Assembly: GCF_006345805.1 (NCBI RefSeq) | Contig: NW_021829772.1 | Location: 1 to 5,978 of the forward strand | Origin: Octopus sinensis | Lineage: Eukaryota | Direction of reading: 5' to 3' | DNA: 5,978 nucleotides | Part shown: piece after piece, positions 1 through 5,930 of the stretch | How positions within the stretch are numbered: the stretch's first letter is position 1 | How the letters are laid out: the number at the start of each line of letters is the position of its first letter | Made by a program: the position numbers and the translations under genes | The notes under the pieces: model-generated | Seen by the model: only the letters and a program-made list of their open reading frames with translations | Told to the model about the DNA's origin: nothing | Database searches by the model: none

Positions 1-190
1 TTCTGTTGAACTGTATTTCAAAGGGACGGCCTTGTCACTCTCTGTGGTCACGCTGAATATCCCCGAGAAATACGTTAAGGGTACACGTGTCTGTGGAGTG
101 CTCAGCCACTTACACGTTAATTTCACGAGCAGGCTGTTCCGTTGATTCGGATCAACCGGAACCCTCGTCGTCGTAACCGACGGAGTGCTT
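1..190 (+). mobile_element. 3' half of an octopus-type tRNA-derived SINE, cut by the window start
   Basis: Matches my recollection of a common octopus SINE 3' body (TGTATTTCAAAGGG...CACGAGCAGGCTGTTCCGTTGAT...AACCCTCGTCGTCGTAACCGACGGAGTGC). Seen directly: a subterminal stem-loop at 136-162 and (TCCAA)2 at 190-199 as a possible tail. Family assignment is from memory. Confidence 0.7.
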
Positions 191-395
191 CCAATCCAAG
201 ATAGCCACACAGTTAATGCCATCTCAGTTTACTTAGCTATTACAGGGCTTCAGTCATCCCGTGGTCGATGACAGATAATGTTTGCTTTAGGCGTTGAGTA
301 GCGAAATCAAGCCCGGGGCCTCGTGACTGAGAAGGGAATAATTATAGTCATTCGACCCCGCCACCACCATCACCACCTCATCGTGCGTACCTACT

Positions 396-469
396 CACAC
401 ACACACACACACACACACACACCACACACACACACACAATACACACACACACACATACACACATACACA
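396..469. repeat. Interrupted (CA)n microsatellite, preceded by CACCAC-type repeat at 361-377
   Basis: Read directly; decays into CATA variants at the 3' end. Confidence 0.97.
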
Positions 470-620
470 TGCTTAGCCAAGCTGGTCTGAAATCTAGCGT
501 CAGTCAATCAATGACACTATTATGACATTGTACAATAAATCATTGTTTGTCGTCATCTCATAGTTTTAATTTCATTCCTATTAATAGCTTGTTGGTCGGA
601 ACACCTCCTACATCCGTCAA

Positions 621-638
621 ACACACACACACACACAC

Positions 639-673
<35 letters not shown>

Positions 674-690
674 CACCACCACCATCACCC
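621..690. repeat. (AC)n microsatellite (621-672) followed by CATCACCACCACCATCACC
   Basis: Read directly; explains the HT-repeat ORF 547..756. Confidence 0.97.
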
Positions 691-1129
691 ACCAACACAT
701 CACACTCATGCTTTCAGATAGAGAAAGGTGGCAGGGAAAGCGATAACCTGTCATAATAGACGGGTTGAAAGAAAAAAAAACACGTGTGAATTAGGAGAGA
801 CAGATCTCCCAAGAAAAATAATTTTATTTTCATATACAAATAAATAAAGATTCTACATACCTGGACTTCTTTCTCTCATTTGCATTTAATTTGAAGTCAT
901 TTATGTAGTCATTTAAGAAATATTTAAAATAAATCTATAATTTTAAATAGGGATTCCTTTCCTTTTCATTTTAAGCAAACGTGTCCAAATAAGCTTTATT
1001 CTGTTTCTGGTCATATACATGTATATATATATATGTATAATATGCTATGTAATAGAATATTTGAAACAGGGTGACGTACGGGGGTCACATGAAAAGACAC
1101 ATGTAATAGGCGTGGATAAGCTCAAGTTC

Positions 1130-1272
1130 ATTTCTTCTCTAGTCACAAGGCCCGAATATATTTTTGGGAGGGGGGGTCAGTCGATTAGATCGACCTCAGT
1201 ACGCAACTGGTACTTAATTTATCGACCCCGAAAGGATGAAAGGCAAAGTCGACCTCGGCGGAATTTGAACTC
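1130..1272 (-). mobile_element. 5'-truncated tRNA-derived SINE (B box, central domain and 3' end)
   Basis: The minus strand reads GAGTTCAAATTCC (B box GTTCAAATTCC at 1260-1270), then GCCGAGGTCGACTTTGCCTTTCATCCTTTCGGGGTCGATAAATTAAGTACCAG...GGTCGATCTAATCGAC...CGGGCCTTGTGACTAGAG. No A box lies upstream. The central domain resembles what I recall as the Meta/beta-type SINE domain; that name is uncertain. Confidence 0.85.
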
Positions 1273-1296
1273 TCAAATTGCTCATCAGTCATCAAC

Positions 1297-1316
1297 CGCG
1301 CGCGCGTGTGTGTGTG
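1297..1316. repeat. (CG)5(TG)5 alternating purine-pyrimidine tract, Z-DNA prone
   Basis: CGCGCGCGCGTGTGTGTGTG read directly. Confidence 0.85.
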
Positions 1317-1408
1317 GTTCCAAATTATATATCACATATGCTCTGGGATGCGTCATCAGTGATATTTTGGGGTTTTGGGGGGCAATTGCCTATGTTTTTC
1401 AACTACAG

Positions 1409-1467
1409 ACTACCTCACCCAGTTGACCCTGCCGCGCCTGATCAAGCTGCAGCTCGCATATTTATAT
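1409..1467 (+). other. Candidate small exon or coding-derived fragment (YLTQLTLPRLIKLQLAYLY); unproven
   Basis: TGTTTTTCAACTACAG acceptor-like site ends at 1408 and GTATGT starts at 1468. Fifteen consecutive codons end in G or C. I do not recognise the peptide. Confidence 0.22.
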
Positions 1468-1490
1468 GTATGTATAGATACATACGTACG

Positions 1491-1514
1491 TGTTTGTTTG
1501 TTTGTGTGTGTGCG

Positions 1515-1582
<68 letters not shown>
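1491..1582. repeat. (TGTT)3 plus (TG)n microsatellite, pure (TG)30 at 1523-1582
   Basis: Read directly; explains the CV-repeat and TH-repeat ORFs. Confidence 0.98.
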
Positions 1583-1585
<3 letters not shown>

Positions 1586-1656
1586 GTAAGCAATGACCCT
1601 GGTTGACCGTTTATATTAAGCCTGAAGACTATGGAATTGCTTAATATGTAATCTAA

Positions 1657-1842
1657 GGCGTAAGAGTGGCTGTGTGGAAGCAGCTTGCTTACACCAAAAC
1701 ATGGTTCCGAGTTCAGTCCCACTGCGTGGCACCTGGACAATTGTCTTCTACTATAGCCTCGGACCGACCAAAGCCTTGTGAGTGGATTTGTTAGACGGAA
1801 AACTGAAAGAAGCCCGTCGTATATATGTATATATATATATAC

Positions 1843-1903
<61 letters not shown>

Positions 1904-2128
1904 ATGTGTGTATATATGTTTGTGGTGTCTGTGTTTGTCCCCCACATCGCTGACAAACGATGCTGGTGTGTTTACGTCCCCGTAACTTATCGGTTCGGCA
2001 AAAGACACCGATGGAATATGTACTAGGCTTACAAAGAATATGTCCTGGGGTCGATTTGCTCGACCAAAGGCGGTGCTCCAGCATGGCCACAGTCACATGA
2101 CTGAAACAAATAAAAGAGTAAAAGAGTA
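1657..2128 (+). mobile_element. Full-length tRNA-derived, CORE-like octopus SINE with an internal (TA)n tract
   Basis: A box TGGCTGTGTGG at 1667-1677 and B-box-like GAGTTCAGTCC at 1709-1719. A CORE-like segment follows (GGCACCTGGACAATTGTCTT, compare CORE GTGACCTTGGGCAAGTCACTT). Also seen: hairpin GGTCGA-N5-TCGACC at 2049-2065, terminal hairpin CAGTCA-CA-TGACTG at 2090-2103 and tail (TAAAAGAG)2 at 2111-2126. A second copy at 4031-4164 shows it is repetitive. Confidence 0.9.
1820..1898. repeat. (TA)n microsatellite inside the SINE
   Basis: Read directly, with three small interruptions near 1827, 1842 and 1865. Confidence 0.98.
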
Positions 2129-2445
2129 ATAACGAATACACTGAATAAAGTTCTACCGAAACGACTGCAGCTAATTGAGACTCCATTTATCTGATATTAT
2201 TTTATACTTACGAGTATGCTGCACCAAGGATTCACCGGTGGGTCGGATCGTTGGTAATTAATTAGATTTGATATTTACATAACTACAATATCTAGTCAGC
2301 ATGAGATGTCTACAAGTTGTGTATCATTTCACTATCAGCTCTATGTAATTATAGGTAGCCATTTTCTGGCGTCTTACATACTGATATGCCTTGATTCTTA
2401 ATGAATTCTTATAATTGAATGAGATACGCACACACATGCATATAC

Positions 2446-2448
<3 letters not shown>

Positions 2449-2480
<32 letters not shown>
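2449..2480. repeat. (TG)16 microsatellite
   Basis: Read directly. Confidence 0.98.
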
Positions 2481-2484
<4 letters not shown>

Positions 2485-2539
2485 GTTTAAACGTTATCTT
2501 ATGTGAGTACTATAAATATTCGTTTTTTACGAGTGTTTT

Positions 2540-2800
2540 AGTGCATACATATGAATGTACGTCCGAAGATGGTTATGGCAGCGTGTATGTGTGTGGTGTT
2601 TGTATAAATGTGTATCTATCAGTAAATGTATTAATGAATGTCTGTATATCTATGGCAGTAGGTGTATCCGTCAGTGTATGTATTTGTATGTGAGTGTGCA
2701 TGTGTTTTCATACATCTGTCAGTATCTGTCTCTAATTGTGTGCTAATATGTGTGTATGTGTGTGTGTGCGCGCGTGGGCGAATGCTTGTGTGTGCATGTA
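2540..2800. repeat. Decayed TG/TA low-complexity tract (old microsatellite)
   Basis: Dense TGTA/TGTG/TATG alternation, ending in TGTGTGTGCGCGCG near 2761-2774. Boundaries are approximate. Confidence 0.7.
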
Positions 2801-2915
2801 GAGTAGTTGATTAATTTTTCTAATGAATAAATATTATAGGCTCAGGTGAGGTAATTTACATAAGTATAAGTTCATGATTTATGGGTAATATCCTATTTGA
2901 CGTACGTAAAATCAT

Positions 2916-3222
2916 CGTCGCCCTTTTCAAGCCTAACCAGACTCATGGGCCCGATTTCCCGGTTTCTATGGCATATGTGTTCCCCCCATCTGGACGGGAC
3001 GCCAGTCCATCGCAGCGTTACTCAAGAAACAGGAAGAAAGGGTGAGAGAAAGTTGTGGAGAAAGAGTACAACAGGGGTCACCACCATCCCCTGCCGGATC
3101 CTCGTGGAACTTTTAGGTGTTTTCGCTCAATAAACACACACAACTCCCGGTCTGGGAATCGAAACCGCGATCCTCCGACCGCGAGTCCGCTGCCCTAACC
3201 ACTAGGCCATTGCACCTCCACG
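2916..3222 (-). mobile_element. Full-length tRNA-Arg-like SINE with a V-domain-like block, flanked by an 11-bp target-site duplication
   Basis: Exact direct repeat CGTAAAATCAT at 2905-2915 and 3223-3233. Minus-strand A box TGGCCTAGTGG (3199-3209) and B box GTTTCGATTCC (3155-3165). The head resembles tRNA-Arg (GCAGCGGACTCGCGGTCGGAGGATCGCGGTTTCGA). CTGCGATGGACTGGCGTCCCGTCCAG (2990-3015) resembles the V-SINE V domain as I recall it. Two 3' stem-loops are present. Confidence 0.92.
3155..3209 (-). promoter_or_regulatory. Internal RNA polymerase III type-2 promoter (A and B boxes) of the SINE
   Basis: The A box matches TRGCNNARYGG exactly. B box GTTTCGATTCC has one mismatch to GGTTCGANNCC. Spacing is tRNA-like. 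Confidence 0.75.
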
Positions 3223-3589
3223 CGTAAAATCATGGTGATCCCAAAATTTTATTTCAATAAAACATTTCGTAATTATAAGTGGTATATACTACGAACAACC
3301 AGTAAAAATTGGGGAGAAATGTTAATCCTTATTTTGAATAGTTTCGCCCTGGGCACATGTGAGAATTCTTCAGCAATACACGACGAGCACACCAAGCAAT
3401 ACAAGTCACTGAATCTGACAAAGATCGAGCCTTTCATGGTTATCTACTGATCTGTAAGTGTTTCGTTGGGATTCACCTTAAAACGAGGAGCATCAAGGCG
3501 TCCACGTGACCCCCGAATCGTGTTGAAATGAAATTGAAACTAAAGCAAATTCGATTTTACGAACGTTAAATAGGAAATTACCGATTTAT

Positions 3590-3700
3590 CTATATACACA
3601 AATAAACACACATACACACAAACATATTCATAGATACGTGTACTGACACAAACGCCAACCGCATAGACACACGCTCACACAAGTACTCATATGTACACAC
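3590..3700. repeat. Decayed AC/AT low-complexity tract
   Basis: ACACACATACACACAAAC...ACACACGCTCACACAAG...GTACACAC. Boundaries are approximate. Confidence 0.55.
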
Positions 3701-4030
3701 ATATAAGCCAACGTGGAGTTCCCTTCACATAGCTATAACTTTGGTCTGTCATTAACCTTAAGTCTCATAACGCCGGAATTTAACTTGGTTTTCACGGTGT
3801 ACATAAGTGACTGAGATTTCAAGAGTCCTTGAAAGGACGTCAGTCTGTCGCAGGGTTAACTTGCTAACTGTTGCTAGAACTCAATTATAGCTGAATGTAC
3901 TTGAGTAATAGTTCTCAAGCGCTGTCCATATGGCACTTATGGGCCCATATAAGAGTTTGCAGTTAAAATCTATGTGTGGCAAACTGGTTTTACTTTTGCA
4001 ATACACAAGATATTTATTTTTTTTATACAA

Positions 4031-4163
4031 TTGCTTCCCAACCACGTGATTCTGGGTTCAGTCTCACTGCGTGATACCTTGGGCAAGAGTTTTCTATTAT
4101 AGCCTCAGGCCGACCAAGGCCTCAGGAGTAGATTTGGTAGTCGGAAACTGAAAGAAACTCGTC

Positions 4164-4222
<59 letters not shown>
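4031..4222 (+). mobile_element. Second copy of the 1657-2128 SINE family, truncated at both ends
   Basis: 4031-4164 aligns with about 1685-1819 (TTGCTT...GGGTTCAGTC.CACTGCGTG..ACCTTGGGCAAG...CTA.TATAGCCTC.G.CCGACCAA.GCCT...GATTTG.TAG.CGGAAACTGAAAGAA.C.CGTCGT). It lacks the A box and ends in the internal microsatellite. Confidence 0.9.
4165..4222. repeat. (TA)20(TG)9 compound microsatellite
   Basis: Read directly; same position in the SINE as the 1820-1898 tract. Confidence 0.98.
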
Positions 4223-4223
<1 letters not shown>

Positions 4224-4309
4224 AAAGAAATTGAAGGAAGACATTGAAACTTCCCCACTGCGAGGATATTCATCGCGTACAATGTTCCTAGTCAATTTAA
4301 TCACCGTAG

Positions 4310-4497
4310 CAGGTGGACAGTCGAAATAAATAAAGACAAAATCCTTTCACTTTTATAATATTCTGTAACCAAGTAATGACACACAATTACAAAATATATA
4401 AATAAATAATAACAGGTGGACAGTCGAAATGAATAAATAGACAAAATCCATTCACTTTTATAATATTCTCTAACCAAGTAATAATACACAATTACAA
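4310..4497. repeat. Tandem duplication, period 103 bp, two copies
   Basis: 4310-4392 versus 4413-4497 (CAGGTGGACAGTCGAAAT...CACAATTACAA). By manual alignment, 5 substitutions plus one 2-nt indel. Confidence 0.95.
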
Positions 4498-4684
4498 CAT
4501 ACAAAAAAATCATAAATCAAAAAAATGTGAAAACCACTAAAAAGTTTTCTCTTATGCCAAAGACCTTACATACAAAAAAGACTATGTACATACAACGAAT
4601 TAGAGAAAAACCTGTGTAAACCATCGTTTTTTCCCGGTTTGTCCATTTACGCGGGAGCTCTGGGCAAAATGTTATAGAGCATGA

Positions 4685-4787
4685 CCATCCTGGTGATATA
4701 AGTAATGTGTGTGTAAAGTTTGATGAAAATCAGTTGAGAATTGTAAAATGTATGCGTTAGTCATACTGTGATTTATGTATACTAGAT
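4685..4787 (+). mobile_element. Possible 3' terminus of a non-autonomous Helitron/Helentron-like element
   Basis: AAAGTTTGATGAAAATCAGTTGAG (4715-4738), then a terminal ATTTATGTATACTAGAT containing CTAG. This resembles the AAATTTCATCAAAATCGG...TTTATATATATAGAT ends I recall for invertebrate rolling-circle elements. No 5' end was identified. Confidence 0.38.
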
Positions 4788-4883
4788 GAATTTCAATGAT
4801 ATTTAATTAAAAAAAACATCGAATGACTAGAGGGATACATCCGAGTAAAATAGAAATCAAAGGTAAAAAAAAATTGTTAACCA

Positions 4884-4998
4884 TTGGACTAGAGCCACAT
4901 GAAATGAATTGCTTTGCTCATGAAAAGAACATATCGCCCGGTACGTGAATCGAAACCGCGATCATGTGAGTGTAATATCCTAACTACTAGACCACGCG
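4884..4998 (-). mobile_element. Old degraded tRNA/CORE-like SINE 5' part
   Basis: 17 nt identical to the 2916-3222 head (GAATCGAAACCGCGATC at 4947-4963 and 3156-3172). Degenerate A box TGGTCTAGTAG (4984-4994). CORE-like minus-strand TTCATGAGCAAAGCAATTCATTT near 4902-4924. Confidence 0.75.
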
Positions 4999-5050
4999 TT
5001 TTCACATATGAAGCTGAGCCAAGTAAACGGCTCGCCTTACTTACATTAAG

Positions 5051-5311
5051 TTATTCATTTGCATTCTGATTACTTTGTCAAATTTCTCAGTAATATATCC
5101 ATATTGTTGTGATTTAATCATACATTATCTCATAGCTTCGATACTTATGTTTATTTTTTATGTTTATTTTTAGAGTGACATTGCAGGGATGATGTTTATT
5201 TTTAGAGTGACATTGCAGGGTTGTTGTAAGAGGTCAGATCTGGGATGTTTGAACATAAAACAAGTAAAGTATCTGGGCCAGATTTGGCCGGCTTAACTGC
5301 TAAAGCGTGGC
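5051..5311. mobile_element. Decayed MITE-like DNA element of an octopus family recalled as TTAACCCTTTAGCA...TGCTAAAGGGTTAA
   Basis: The internal sequence matches my recollection (GCATTC.GATTACT.TGTCAAAT...TTTATTTTTAGA.TGACATTG.AGGG...TTTGAACATAAAACA...TGGCCGG.TTAA.TGCTAAAG). In this copy the terminal repeats are degenerate: TGCTAAAGCG on the right, TTCATTTGCA on the left. Internal palindromes CAGATCTG (5235-5242) and ATCTGG-G-CCAGAT (5271-5283). Confidence 0.5.
5147..5220. repeat. Perfect 29-bp direct repeat (period 32) plus a partial third start
   Basis: ATGTTTATTTTTAGAGTGACATTGCAGGG at 5160-5188 and 5192-5220; ATGTTTATTTTTT at 5147-5159. Confidence 0.97.
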
Positions 5312-5422
5312 TCAACTTGTCAATCTCTTGCTGTCTCAAAGAATCTTCTTCCTCTCCCAAACACTGTTTCGTTTGTGTTGTTTCACCTTCAGATCGATAC
5401 CTGTTAACTGGATATATTCCTA

Positions 5423-5540
5423 GTTGTTGTTTAACTCCAGATCATCACTAATTCAGCAAACTTATGATGAAAGCCTTCCAGCCGTGACCATTTGTCTTTT
5501 CTCCATATCATGGACTATATCCTCTAATGTGCCGTCTTCG
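5423..5540 (-). mobile_element. Probable 3' tail of a retroposon (LINE or SINE) ending in AACAACAAC
   Basis: The minus strand reads GAAAAGACAAATGGTCACGGCTGGAAGGCTTTCATCATAAGTTTGCTGAATTAGTGATGATCTGGAGTTAAACAACAAC. It resembles a recalled octopus repeat end with a (CAA)n tail; recall only. Confidence 0.4.
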
Positions 5541-5560
5541 TAAGGCATTGGAAAAACCCG

Positions 5561-5624
<64 letters not shown>

Positions 5625-5640
5625 CCTATCTATCTATCTA

Positions 5641-5685
<45 letters not shown>

Positions 5686-5714
5686 ATTTATCTAGCTGTC
5701 TCTATCTATCTATC

Positions 5715-5746
<32 letters not shown>

Positions 5747-5774
5747 CCTATCTATCTATCTGTCTAGCTATATG

Positions 5775-5841
<67 letters not shown>

Positions 5842-5930
5842 GTCTAGCTATCTGTCTATCTATCTATCTATCTCTATCTATCTGTCTAGCTAGCTAGCTG
5901 TCTGTGTATCTATCTACCCTTCTGTCTGTT
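5541..5930. repeat. Compound (TCTA)n/(TCTG)n tetranucleotide (GATA/GACA) microsatellite
   Basis: Read directly. It has TAGC variants and an internal 80-nt higher-order repeat, and it explains the YLSI-repeat ORF 5527..5847. Confidence 0.98.

Noticed and set aside
361-690. Mirror arrangement (CAC)n-(CA)n ... (CA)n-(CAC)n as element termini
   Set aside because: Both are on the same strand, so they are not inverted repeats. Simple-repeat drift between CA and CAC units explains it.
861-934. Minus-strand exon candidate IYFKYFLNDYINDFKLNANERKKS with a CAG|GTATGT donor
   Set aside because: The acceptor lacks a pyrimidine tract, the peptide is dominated by AT-rich codons, and a 24-codon open frame is unremarkable by chance.
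1013-1026. 14-bp palindrome ATATACATGTATAT and a similar hairpin at 1468-1485
   Set aside because: Expected in low-complexity TA/TG alternation.
1640-2140. Target-site duplication for the 1657-2128 SINE
   Set aside because: Only GTAAT (5 nt, overlapping the tail) is shared, which is too short in AT-rich DNA.
3140-3222. Functional tRNA-Arg gene
   Set aside because: No proper acceptor stem or canonical anticodon arm. It runs straight into a SINE body and is bounded by a target-site duplication.
84-4048. Four CACGTG E-boxes (84, 781, 3503, 4043) and octamers ATTTGCAT (878, 5057)
   Set aside because: Short motifs, several inside repeats, with no clustering or independent support.
5160-5220. 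29-bp direct repeats as a CRISPR array
   Set aside because: Only two copies with a 3-nt gap, no unique spacers, no cas genes, and a eukaryotic repeat context.
547-5847. All supplied six-frame ORFs as protein-coding genes
   Set aside because: They translate microsatellites (HT, CV, IY, YLSI runs), run through SINE/MITE/duplicated sequence (e.g. 2897..3133, 5245..5451), or are short AT-rich frames. None has a recognisable domain.
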